Assembly: GCA_965227255.1 (NCBI GenBank)
Contig: CBDDFS010000003.1
Span: forward strand, 27,503-91,502
From: Vicingaceae bacterium
GTDB taxonomy: Bacteria > Bacteroidota > Bacteroidia > Flavobacteriales_E > Vicingaceae
Reading direction: 5' to 3'
DNA: 64,000 bases
Under the pieces are notes generated by a model. The model saw nothing but the letters and a program-made list of their open reading frames with translations, did not search any database and had not been told where the DNA came from. This document shows, piece by piece, positions 38,196 to 47,333 of this stretch. The stretch's first letter is position 1; every line of letters starts with the position of its first letter. A program made the translations under genes and the position numbers.

Positions 38196-40721
38196 ATGGA
38201 CAATAACAACAAAAACGCAAAAACATTAAACATCATCGGCGTTGCAGCCAGCATATTGAGTTTCGCACTATATCTGATACTTAGAAATAAAACCGAAATA
38301 AGAAGAGGTGACTTTTTTGATGAAGGAGGAGTCTTTCTGATCAATTATATGATCACCATCATATACTCCATCACCGTTATAAGCAACAATACCATCAAGA
38401 ACAGATTCTGGCAATTATCCATGATCGACAGACGACAGATCATGTATATGGTCACGCTTTTCTCAATCTCTGCCTTCACCTTGAATCTTTCTATCCCAAT
38501 TTTCAATCGATTTACAGCATGGCTGGATACTTATCTTCTCATCATGTTCCTTCCTCTGTTCATCCTGGGACATTCAAAAACACCTCAATTCCTGAAATAC
38601 ATTGCATATTTCCTCATGGGACTAGGAACGGTGATGTCACTTTATTTTGCCATTTACCTCCTGCCCATGTTTGTTGTCATGATCATAGGCGCCATATTTT
38701 TCGGTCTCGGTTTGCACTTGATTGCCCCTCACCTACTATTACTGACTTATATCGTGCAATTCAGAAAAGAAAAATCGGGCAGGACGGGTCTGGTTTTATA
38801 CCTCTCCGGTATAATTCTTCCACTTATAGTCTTCTCCTTTTACATGAATAAATGGCATGATGCCAAAATGAATTTGCACAAGGCCAGTGCCAGCATCATT
38901 ACTCAAGCAAATTCCACTCTTCCCACCTGGGTCATTCTCAGTCAGAATTTGAGCTCTGATCCTTTTTCTGAAAAGATCATCATGGGAGAACTTCGATACG
39001 ACACACCACAAAGACATTGGGATTCTTTCGGATTTCCTTCGAATTCATTCAGTGAAATCAAGGAACATGACCCCATGGTCTTTATGTCAATGGCCTTTCT
39101 TGGTGACTTACCTATAGATAGAAACGACAGGATTAAGGTTTTGGAATCAAAATTCGACTCACGTCATCTGTCTTATCGTAAATTCTGGACGGGTCGAGAC
39201 CTGAGCACAACAGAAGTGCTTACCAACCTTGATGTATTTCCTGATTACAGAATGGCCTACCTCGAAAAATACATTACCATTCAGAATCACAATTCCTGGG
39301 CCCAAAATCAACAGGAAGCACTGTATACATTTTATCTTCCGGAAGGATCAGTTGCAACTTCCTTGTCGCTATGGATCAACGGAAGAGAGGAAAAATCAAG
39401 ATTAACGACCAGGCAAAAAGCGGATAGCGCTTATAGTGAAATCGTTGGTAGACAGAGACGTGATCCTGCTTTATTACACTGGCAGGAAGGTAATCGAATC
39501 ACTGTCACTGTGTTTCCATGCACTCCAGCTGAAAACAGAAGATTCAGAGTCGGATTCACCATGCCTCTTGAAAAACGAGGTGATGAATTAATTCTCAAGA
39601 ATGTGAATTTCAAAGGACCCTGGAATAATTCTTCCCTCGAAACCACGGCTATTAGGATTCACAGTCAAAATGGAGCAAAATTCCTTGATCTCCCTTCCGT
39701 TTTTGAACAAACAGGAACCAATGAATATCAGTATACCGGCAGTTACCGGTCGTATTGGGAATTGCGCATATCTGACGAGGGGCTGTCAAAAAATCAGTTC
39801 TCCTTCAATGGCAAGAGTTTTAGTGTAAAAGACCACGAACCTGAAAATGAGATATTCAAAGCTGAGAAGATTTACCTTGATATCAATAAGAGTTGGTCAA
39901 AAGGGGATATAGAAGATGTATTGGAAATTATTGGCGACAGGCCATTTTACGTCGTTGATGTTGAACCCGCTAAGGTTACAGAAGAAAATAGAGAATACTT
40001 AATCGAACAAGGACTCGATAAAGAGTTTAGTCTCTTTCCAATTCATCTTATCGATGATCCGCGAAAAAGCCTGATCATTTCAAAGTCTTCTCACTTAAGT
40101 CCAAACCTCAGAGATCTAAAAGAATCTGTTTTTGGAGATAGTTTGAAATCGTATCTGGAAGGAATGCCTGAATCCATTCCATTTTATAACATAGACAACC
40201 AGGTTTCTCCTTATATAGCCTCTCTGAGAGAATTTGGCATATTTCACTTCTCTTCAGGATCAATAGACGAATTGAGGGATCTGATTTCCAAGAATGAATT
40301 CCCCGAATTCAGTCGAGATACCAATCGAATTGTAATACATGAGTCCGATATGGAGATCATCATGAATAAGGGTGAGGTTAAATCCAAGGCCCCCGATCAT
40401 GTGATGCGGCTCTTTGCCTACAATCAGATCAATCATCTGATGGGTGCTCATTACTTTGAATCGGATGAATACGTTACCGGTGAGTTGATTGATCTGGCGA
40501 ATGAAGCCTTTGTGGTCTCTCCGATCTCAAGTCTGGTCGTACTAGAAACACTTCAGGATTATGAAAGATTTGGAATCGAAGAAAATGAGAACAGCCTTCA
40601 GAATGCAGCCTCTGGCTCTTCCGGAGCTGTCCCTGAACCCCATGAATGGGCGCTGATCATATTGATAGGGCTAACACTCCTATATCTGACCTACAAAAGA
40701 AGAATGAACACATTGAATTGA
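38196..40721 (+). CDS. XrtN-system VIT-domain protein: N-terminal polytopic membrane region, VIT domain and C-terminal PEP-CTERM sorting signal
   Basis: 841 aa. About 7 TM helices in aa 1-230. VIT-like block YTFYLPEGSVATSLSLWINGREEKSRL...RRFRVGF. The C-terminus is VPEP + HEWALIILIGLTLLYLTY + KRR. Confidence 0.8.
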   Translation: MDNNNKNAKTLNIIGVAASILSFALYLILRNKTEIRRGDFFDEGGVFLINYMITIIYSITVISNNTIKNRFWQLSMIDRRQIMYMVTLFSISAFTLNLSIPIFNRFTAWLDTYLLIMFLPLFILGHSKTPQFLKYIAYFLMGLGTVMSLYFAIYLLPMFVVMIIGAIFFGLGLHLIAPHLLLLTYIVQFRKEKSGRTGLVLYLSGIILPLIVFSFYMNKWHDAKMNLHKASASIITQANSTLPTWVILSQNLSSDPFSEKIIMGELRYDTPQRHWDSFGFPSNSFSEIKEHDPMVFMSMAFLGDLPIDRNDRIKVLESKFDSRHLSYRKFWTGRDLSTTEVLTNLDVFPDYRMAYLEKYITIQNHNSWAQNQQEALYTFYLPEGSVATSLSLWINGREEKSRLTTRQKADSAYSEIVGRQRRDPALLHWQEGNRITVTVFPCTPAENRRFRVGFTMPLEKRGDELILKNVNFKGPWNNSSLETTAIRIHSQNGAKFLDLPSVFEQTGTNEYQYTGSYRSYWELRISDEGLSKNQFSFNGKSFSVKDHEPENEIFKAEKIYLDINKSWSKGDIEDVLEIIGDRPFYVVDVEPAKVTEENREYLIEQGLDKEFSLFPIHLIDDPRKSLIISKSSHLSPNLRDLKESVFGDSLKSYLEGMPESIPFYNIDNQVSPYIASLREFGIFHFSSGSIDELRDLISKNEFPEFSRDTNRIVIHESDMEIIMNKGEVKSKAPDHVMRLFAYNQINHLMGAHYFESDEYVTGELIDLANEAFVVSPISSLVVLETLQDYERFGIEENENSLQNAASGSSGAVPEPHEWALIILIGLTLLYLTYKRRMNTLN

Positions 40722-40726
40722 GATCA

Positions 40727-42139
40727 ATGATGAAAATGAACCTTTCAAAAAGGCAATTGATAACGACAGGTTTCCTGCTGCTGGCCACACTGGTTAGCAT
40801 GCAGAACCTGTATTTTTATTTGAAATTCGATTTTCAATTCTTCATTATTGCTCTTTCCTGCCCCTTCGTTCTCTATGTAAAGGAGAGGAACGTATTTTCC
40901 CTCAGGTATGCCTTTCTCTCGCTCCTCTGCCTGGCGGTATATCCCATGATAAAGGTGCAGTCGCTTTTTTTCCTTGGATACATGTTCTTCCTTTTATTCA
41001 TTATTGAGAGCAACCTGGGAAAGGTGAATAATCTTCCTTTTTACCTGATCATTCTCTTATCCCCTTTTTCGGGCTTTGTATTTCAGCAACTGGGATTTCC
41101 CATACGACTTGAATTGACCTCTATTTCGGCTTCCATACTTCAGAGTATGAGCATGGATGCAAGTGCAGTTGGAAATATCCTTTACCTGAATGATCAAGCC
41201 TTCTCGGTAGATCCGGAATGCATGGGACTTAAGATGGTGAGCACATCGTTTATCATTACGCTTCTGTTCCTGGCTCATTTTGAACGCAGATCAAAAACAT
41301 CCTTGTCATTTTCTGTGATCATGTTGGTTTTTGCCTGGACCTCCATCCTCGTAATTCTCAGCAATCTGAGTCGAATCCTCTTGCTTGTTCTCTTCTCATC
41401 AGACCCGGGCTCTTTATCACATGAATTGATCGGAATCATATGTTTGATCTCATACCTAATTCTTCCTAACTACTATATGATTCGGTTGATTTTCAGGAAA
41501 TATGGCAAAACTAAAACTGTTGTGATTCCTTCACCAAAGAGCTTTTCTAAAAAATATGCCTGGCTGATTTTGCCCGGACTAATGGTTCTGCTTTATCTCA
41601 ATCAGAATCGTGTTGAATATAGGAATATCGAAAAGGACCCCATGGCTGAACAGATTGAACTAGATGGTTTTCAAAAAGACACGGTAAAAGGAAATGTTAT
41701 GCAGTTCGTCAATGATACAAGCATGATTTACATAAAACCATCAAGTAAATTCTACGGAGCTGATCACACACCCTTGATATGCTGGAAAGGCAGTGGTTAT
41801 AAATTCGATCACGAAAAAATAGATGTTGTAAATGGCAAGGAAGTCTATATGGCCCATTTAAAGTCGGAGGAAAATGACACACTTTATACCGCATGGTGGT
41901 ACGACAACGGTCCAACGAAAACCATACGTCAACTCGACTGGAGATGGAGAATGATAAAAGGCGAGAATGATTTCCGCCTGGTCAATGTCACCTGCACTAC
42001 TCAGTCGATATTGAATCAGGAGGTGGAGAAACTATTAGAGATGAACCTGTTTGAAGAAATACAAGATGTACAAATTGATATAACGGGCAATATAAGATCT
42101 GAAAAGGGCAATATCATTTCAATTGGTCTTCAGCCTTGA
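40727..42139 (+). CDS. xrtN: Exosortase (XrtN-like) fused to a C-terminal EpsI-like domain
   Basis: ATG at 40727, 5 nt after the upstream stop. Polytopic. The exosortase catalytic-type motifs are DPECMGLKM (Cys), LSNLSRILLL (Arg) and SHELIGI (His). The C-terminal soluble domain carries ADHTPLICWKGSGY (EpsI-like H.P..C..G.G). Confidence 0.75.
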   Translation: MMKMNLSKRQLITTGFLLLATLVSMQNLYFYLKFDFQFFIIALSCPFVLYVKERNVFSLRYAFLSLLCLAVYPMIKVQSLFFLGYMFFLLFIIESNLGKVNNLPFYLIILLSPFSGFVFQQLGFPIRLELTSISASILQSMSMDASAVGNILYLNDQAFSVDPECMGLKMVSTSFIITLLFLAHFERRSKTSLSFSVIMLVFAWTSILVILSNLSRILLLVLFSSDPGSLSHELIGIICLISYLILPNYYMIRLIFRKYGKTKTVVIPSPKSFSKKYAWLILPGLMVLLYLNQNRVEYRNIEKDPMAEQIELDGFQKDTVKGNVMQFVNDTSMIYIKPSSKFYGADHTPLICWKGSGYKFDHEKIDVVNGKEVYMAHLKSEENDTLYTAWWYDNGPTKTIRQLDWRWRMIKGENDFRLVNVTCTTQSILNQEVEKLLEMNLFEEIQDVQIDITGNIRSEKGNIISIGLQP

Positions 42140-42753
42140 TTAAAACGCCTTTGAAGTTTCTTCTCGAACCTGTACAGATTTCTACTTTGCATTAATTTCT
42201 CACTTTTTGGAGGGGAAGTTCTTTTTGCCAACCAATTAGAGTAGGCGTCCTCAGACAGAATTCTCGCGTAGATTTTGTGTCTTAGCTTGACTTTATTGCC
42301 TCTGTTTTTCGTGATGTTACCTCTCACTTTGTCTCCATCAATAAAAAGAAAACTCTCTGAACACAGACCCATGACCAGCAATCGGTTGAAATAAGACGAG
42401 TCCACTCTGTATTCAAATGCATTCCATTCATTCAGCAAGGAGCCTGTCAATATATATTCTCTCCCTTCGTCTCTATATGGAACACTTTTAAAACATTCAA
42501 AACCCTTGTCGTTGAGCAGATAGAGAGTATCCTCGTTGAATTCACCCTTTAATACCGTGCTAACCCTAAACAAGGTAACGGTGTATGCATAGCGCGAAGT
42601 ATCAAGGGCTTTTATACCAATAACCTCAGCACGGACAACCAATTCGCCTATTGAATTCATGAATTTATCGGGTCCAATACATGAGCAGGATAAGGCTCTC
42701 AGAGAAGCTAAGAAGACAAATGCAGCGAAGAAAATGTATTTAATGCTTTTCAT
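42130..42753 (-). CDS. Secreted TIMP/NTR-like domain protein (mature N-terminus CSC)
   Basis: 207 aa. The signal peptide is followed by CSCIGPDKFMNSIGELVVRAEVIG. Cysteines fall at mature positions 1, 3, 65 and 109. The EYILTGSL block parallels TIMP EYLIAGK. Confidence 0.65.
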   Translation of the reverse strand: MKSIKYIFFAAFVFLASLRALSCSCIGPDKFMNSIGELVVRAEVIGIKALDTSRYAYTVTLFRVSTVLKGEFNEDTLYLLNDKGFECFKSVPYRDEGREYILTGSLLNEWNAFEYRVDSSYFNRLLVMGLCSESFLFIDGDKVRGNITKNRGNKVKLRHKIYARILSEDAYSNWLAKRTSPPKSEKLMQSRNLYRFEKKLQRRFNQG

Positions 42754-43712
42754 TTTAACTCTTCCAATCTATAGCTAAAAGGCAATATGGTAAAGCAAGA
42801 GAAATTCTTGCCATAATTATTTCTGGCCGGCTGCCAGTTGGGCATTTTATACGTTTTCTTGACTGCCAGACTATCGAGCACTGGATGAACTCCTCTGAGA
42901 ACCGACACATCCTCAACACGACCTGAATCAGTGATAGTAAATCGCACGATAACTTTTCCTTCTATGCCATGTTCAGTCAGCGGGTTTTCGTTATTCACCA
43001 GATATTCTCTCATTTCTTCATCAGTGAAAGGCGGTTCAGGCTCAAAACCGGTCAAGGCGCATGCCTGAATTTCTCCATCTTCCTCAGGCCTTTCAGATTC
43101 AAACTCAATTTCTACCGGCTCCTCTACATCTCCGTCGATGCAGCATCTGCCCTTTTCCTCAAAGGCACTTACCATGATGTTTTTCTCTGCCAATTGCTTG
43201 AGTCTGATTGAATCCAGTCTGGGAATGTATTCGTATTTGTCTTCGTCCCACGCATAAGCTCTTTCGAATTCCCTGATAGTCGCATTCATAGTTTCCCTTT
43301 CTTTACCCTGAGGTGGAACAAAGCTCAGACCGCAGAAGCTGTCATCTACACTGAGATTACCAAAATGATAGACCGACTTTATTGATTGTGTACTTCCAAA
43401 ATTCAGCCTCCACCCTTTTTCCTTTTTGATCAGGTAGAAACGACTTCGTTTATAATACATGTAATCGACTTCAAACCCGCATCCGTCATGTTCTCTTGGT
43501 AAATTGATCTGATCTCCCTTTTTCAATCCATAACCCTTGTCAATGATGGCTTTATTCACAATAATGTAAAACTGGTCTTTATCCTGGCTTTTCACAGTTG
43601 CATCCAAAACCAGATCTGCACTGAATAAATTGCGCAGTTCGGGTATGTACTCTTCGTCAGCGAAGACTTGTCCGAACAGCATTGCAAAAGAAATCAGCAG
43701 AGTAATTCTCAC
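42750..43712 (-). CDS. Secreted protein with a degenerate TIMP/NTR-like N-terminal half and a TonB C-terminal (TonB_C) domain
   Basis: 320 aa. The C-terminal block GIEGKVIVRFTITDSGRVEDVSVLRGVHPVLDSLAVK......W.PA is typical of TonB_C. 4-nt overlap with the downstream gene. Confidence 0.7.
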   Translation of the reverse strand: MRITLLISFAMLFGQVFADEEYIPELRNLFSADLVLDATVKSQDKDQFYIIVNKAIIDKGYGLKKGDQINLPREHDGCGFEVDYMYYKRSRFYLIKKEKGWRLNFGSTQSIKSVYHFGNLSVDDSFCGLSFVPPQGKERETMNATIREFERAYAWDEDKYEYIPRLDSIRLKQLAEKNIMVSAFEEKGRCCIDGDVEEPVEIEFESERPEEDGEIQACALTGFEPEPPFTDEEMREYLVNNENPLTEHGIEGKVIVRFTITDSGRVEDVSVLRGVHPVLDSLAVKKTYKMPNWQPARNNYGKNFSCFTILPFSYRLEELK

Positions 43713-43819
43713 AGTGCAAGATTAAGTTTTTTCATTCTCCACATTGACTATAAATGATGAACGGTAAAATAGTCACGAAATTTCCCATTCCAAGATCTCA
43801 CATCAATATATCCTCTCAG

Positions 43820-43854
43820 ATCATAGATCATGAATCATAGTTCATAGATCATAG
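43820..43854. repeat. Heptanucleotide array, 5 units (ATCATAG)
   Basis: Units are atcatag atcatga atcatag ttcatag atcatag, in a divergent spacer. Confidence 0.85.
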
Positions 43855-43885
43855 ATCTTTTGGTATTTTGGCCAAAAAATAAAGC

Positions 43886-44764
43886 ATGCGAATTCTCACC
43901 TCTCTCCTACTAATTTGTGCCTTTGTATCCACTCAGTCACAAAACGAAAAAGAACTTAAAAAAATGACCAAAGGTTTCGATAAAACCGAAGGTGGTCTTT
44001 ACTACAAAATCACACCGGCCGCCGAACAGGGAAGAAAGGTTGAGTTACAGGATATAGTTACAGTAGATATTAAATACGGTACGAAGGACACGACATTATT
44101 TGACTCCAAAAGCATACAAACACCGGCAGAATTGATGGTTGGAGAACCAGTTTATAAATCCGATATCATGGAAGGGTTTATCATGCTGCATGAAGGTGAT
44201 GAAGCCGTTTTTATCACTTCGGCCGATTCTTTCTTCACCAAAGCAGGTGGTATTGGAATTCCTCCGGGAATCAACAAAACGGATTATCTGGTATTTGAAG
44301 TCAAAGTCAATAAGTCGAGATCCATCGATGAATTAAGGGCTGAAAAAGCGGCTTTGGCAGAGGAGCAAAAGGCAGCCGAAGCAAAGAAGATTGCAGAATA
44401 TATGACAAAATATTATCCAGGTGTAAGCGCCACCCCGTCTGGTCTATATTATGTTGAAACCAATGCAGGCAAAGGAAGACAGGCAGAAAATGGATTGACG
44501 GTCAAAGTACATTATACGGGCACACTTCTTACTGGAGAGACCTTTGATTCATCCTGGGAAAGAAATCAACCCATAGAATTTAAATTGGGTGCCGGCCGAG
44601 TTATTAGAGGCTGGGAAGAAGGTATCGCCCGCATGCGAGAAGGAACTACGGCCACCTTCATTATCCCATCAAACTTGGCTTATGGTGGCAATCCTCCTCC
44701 AGGAAGCATTATTCAAGCCTATTCTCCTCTCAGGTTTGACGTTGAGTTGATAGAAGTTAGATAG
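43886..44764 (+). CDS. FKBP-type peptidyl-prolyl cis-trans isomerase (two-domain, secreted)
   Basis: 292 aa. The C-terminal FKBP block is V.VHYTGTLL.G..FDSS.....P..F.LG.G.VI.GW.EG...M..G. Confidence 0.88.
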   Translation: MRILTSLLLICAFVSTQSQNEKELKKMTKGFDKTEGGLYYKITPAAEQGRKVELQDIVTVDIKYGTKDTTLFDSKSIQTPAELMVGEPVYKSDIMEGFIMLHEGDEAVFITSADSFFTKAGGIGIPPGINKTDYLVFEVKVNKSRSIDELRAEKAALAEEQKAAEAKKIAEYMTKYYPGVSATPSGLYYVETNAGKGRQAENGLTVKVHYTGTLLTGETFDSSWERNQPIEFKLGAGRVIRGWEEGIARMREGTTATFIIPSNLAYGGNPPPGSIIQAYSPLRFDVELIEVR

Positions 44765-44827
44765 TCGAAAGTCTACAGTCAACTGGAAAATTTGTTGAAG
44801 ACTGCAGACTAACGACTAACGACTAAA
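44764..44827. repeat. Heptamer-phased spacer (gtcgaaa gtctaca gtcaact ... gactgca gactaac gactaac gactaaa) that also forms a 10-bp imperfect inverted repeat
   Basis: Units were counted directly. gtctacagtc (44771-44780) is complementary to gactgcagac (44800-44809) with one mismatch. Lies between convergent genes. Confidence 0.7.
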
Positions 44828-45797
44828 CAAACATACTTTCCTCTCTCTTCTTGTCCTTTCGTCTTTCATCCAGGAGACTGGAACACAGAGACTCAACATG
44901 TGTATGATCACTGCCGCAGCAACCTCCCCAAACTTGAATGTCGGGAAGGAAGCTTTTCAGCAGAACGTGGCTATCGGTGAATTCGTGCATCGGCTCCCTT
45001 TGAACCGTTTCAGACGCATCGAGTTCGGCATGAGATAAGGCGGACGCGTTGGAACGGCTGCCTTTTATTCTTTTAAGCCACTTGGTATCTCCACTCAGTT
45101 GTGAGAAATAATGACTTGGATGAGCACAATTGATCATGTAATACAATGGATATGACCCGGTAGACCAATCCAGATCCATAATAGCATCTTCGAGAGCGGT
45201 TCCATCGGGCAACTTGCCATCTGTCTCCACGGTAAAGGACATTACTATGGGTATGTTTTGCTCTCTGGCAGCCAGAACAATACCAAGGGCTTCTTCTACA
45301 TAATTGATGGTCATGGCTGTTATCAGATCCGCACCGGCACTTTTGAAAGCTGTTATCTGCGACTCATGGTAGTTCATGGCTTCTTCAACACTCATTTTAT
45401 CTTCAACTACATAACCATCAGATCTTGGGCCGACACAACCACTCACATAGATGTGTTCGATCTGTTGCTCATAATCTTCTCTGATCACGTCAAGAAAGTG
45501 TATAGCGCGTTGGTTAATGCGAAAGATCTCTTCCTGATCGTAGTTCATCCGTTCACCCCAATCCTTACCGGCTCTCCAGGTCGGACTCTCCAAAATGAAG
45601 CCTGTATTGTATTCTGCAGCCACATCCAGGTATTGTTTGTAATACTTGCTTAGCATCTTTCGATACATTGGATTCAATAATGTGGTAAATGCTGCGAAAT
45701 GTGGCAGGTCAACTTTGTAGTCGAAGATGAAGGTCGTTTCCAATCCACCGTCAGTGATGAATGGAACCTTGTTTTGAATAGCTTTTTCGAATGTCAT
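44823..45797 (-). CDS. Homocysteine S-methyltransferase-family protein (MmuM/BHMT-like)
   Basis: 324 aa. The N-terminal DGGLET and the C-terminal zinc-binding GGCCG..H motifs belong to the Pfam S-methyl_trans family. Confidence 0.85.
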   Translation of the reverse strand: MTFEKAIQNKVPFITDGGLETTFIFDYKVDLPHFAAFTTLLNPMYRKMLSKYYKQYLDVAAEYNTGFILESPTWRAGKDWGERMNYDQEEIFRINQRAIHFLDVIREDYEQQIEHIYVSGCVGPRSDGYVVEDKMSVEEAMNYHESQITAFKSAGADLITAMTINYVEEALGIVLAAREQNIPIVMSFTVETDGKLPDGTALEDAIMDLDWSTGSYPLYYMINCAHPSHYFSQLSGDTKWLKRIKGSRSNASALSHAELDASETVQREPMHEFTDSHVLLKSFLPDIQVWGGCCGSDHTHVESLCSSLLDERRKDKKREESMFV

Positions 45798-45798
45798 T

Positions 45799-47166
45799 TT
45801 AATTGGTTTTGTTGATTTTCATTAGATATACAATAGAACTGGCGGCAACCCAAAGCGAAAAACAGAAAAGGGCAAATGCGAAATTGAGGAAGTGAGCATG
45901 TTCCCCTTTGAATCCGGAATAGAACAAAATACCCATCATCACCACAGATAGAGCACTCAATAAGAGAAGGGACTGATTCCCTAAGAAGCTGGAAGCAAAC
46001 CACTTGAAATGTAGGTTCAACAGACAAATGAGCTGAGCGATCAGTATAAAACCGAATGACATGTACAGGGATAATCCTACCCAGTAACTGGCACTTAGAT
46101 TCAGACTGCTTAATACGACGCTTAATACAAATACCAGCAATAGGGTCAAATACTTATTCTCCAGGGCCATGCTTCCATCTTCAGCGCTGAGTCGACTAAA
46201 GAATAGTTTCTGACGGGATAAACTCATAATGATCCTTGATATCAACATGAAACTGATGCTGACCATCAATAAATGTGATAGAATTATGGATGTGGCCATC
46301 AGATATTTACCTGTTGTTCCGCCAAAATTGTAGGCTAATGCCAGATCAGGACATGCACCGTAGCATCCTTCACTTCCCAGTACAAAGAGTTGCCATAATT
46401 CATAAGGAAAGACCCCGGCCATATATATACCCGGAATAATTGTGAATACCAGGAGGAGAGATATGGCAAATAACCAGATCATTTTTCGCCCCCTTCCTTT
46501 TACGGATGTTCGTTTCCACAGACTAAAAACTTCCAGTCCAACCATGCTCCAGAATGCCAATCTGAAAGCGATAAACACAACTCCATGACTTCCCTGAAAA
46601 TCAGATAGTTGTATTGAGTTATATAAATTAGCAAGTGACCACTCCGGAACCTCGGCTGATCTCAGCAAAAAGAATACAATAAACAATGTTCTAAGCACGA
46701 TCAAAGCGGTGAACAAATAGAAAATTATATCGAGGTGTTTCTTCAACTTCATGAATGCAATCAGCATAGCTGCACCACAGATAATTATTATGTAGTAAAG
46801 GAGATTCGTATTGGGATCCAGGATCTGTTGCAATGCAAGAGCGCCAGTCTTCCCTTCTCCTGTCGCCAGAACAAGCAAAACCAGAAGAATCAGCATGCCG
46901 GCGAAACTTGAAAAGAATTGTCCCAGATTCCCATCAAAAAGGTGAATCACCTTTTTATAAAGACTGATTTCATGACGATCCGACGAGTGATTCATGAATT
47001 GGGCCAACAGAAAGTTAATTCCTATGGCTGTAATTAATACCAGAGGAAAATTCATTCCCATGGTGACGTAACCCGTCATCCCTGTTACAAAGGATCCTGC
47101 TACGATGGCAAATACTATTGTCCAGCTTTTGGACTTTGGATTTAGCGATTTGGTTATAGCGTTCAT
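45799..47166 (-). CDS. Polytopic membrane permease (APC-superfamily-like), co-transcribed with the methyltransferase
   Basis: 455 aa from the ATG at 47166, with about 12 hydrophobic helices. The stop lies 1 nt before the methyltransferase ATG. The ORF-track N-terminal extension covers promoter-like repeats. Confidence 0.65.
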   Translation of the reverse strand: MNAITKSLNPKSKSWTIVFAIVAGSFVTGMTGYVTMGMNFPLVLITAIGINFLLAQFMNHSSDRHEISLYKKVIHLFDGNLGQFFSSFAGMLILLVLLVLATGEGKTGALALQQILDPNTNLLYYIIIICGAAMLIAFMKLKKHLDIIFYLFTALIVLRTLFIVFFLLRSAEVPEWSLANLYNSIQLSDFQGSHGVVFIAFRLAFWSMVGLEVFSLWKRTSVKGRGRKMIWLFAISLLLVFTIIPGIYMAGVFPYELWQLFVLGSEGCYGACPDLALAYNFGGTTGKYLMATSIILSHLLMVSISFMLISRIIMSLSRQKLFFSRLSAEDGSMALENKYLTLLLVFVLSVVLSSLNLSASYWVGLSLYMSFGFILIAQLICLLNLHFKWFASSFLGNQSLLLLSALSVVMMGILFYSGFKGEHAHFLNFAFALFCFSLWVAASSIVYLMKINKTN

Positions 47167-47227
47167 TTCGTTTGGTTTAAGAATAGGGCAAAGATGAAAT
47201 GAAGATTGTGCACCCCGAAAAAACCGG

Positions 47228-47267
47228 GGTAAACAAGAAGTTGACAGGTAAACAAGAAAAGTTAACA
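47228..47267. repeat. Tandem direct repeat GGTAAACAAGAA(AA)GTT(G/A)ACA x2 in a divergent promoter region
   Basis: ggtaaacaagaagttgaca (47228-47246) is immediately followed by ggtaaacaagaaaagttaaca (47247-47267). Confidence 0.8.
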
Positions 47268-47333
47268 TGAATTTTATATTACACGTTTTCAATGTGTTAT
47301 GAATCAATTTTTATCTATTTTAGGTGAATATTA

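Noticed and set aside
47167-47333. Possible SAM/methionine riboswitch in the leader of the permease-methyltransferase operon
   Set aside because: None of the conserved SAM-I core sequences is visible. Only a short GC hairpin and tandem repeats are present. An Rfam scan would be needed.
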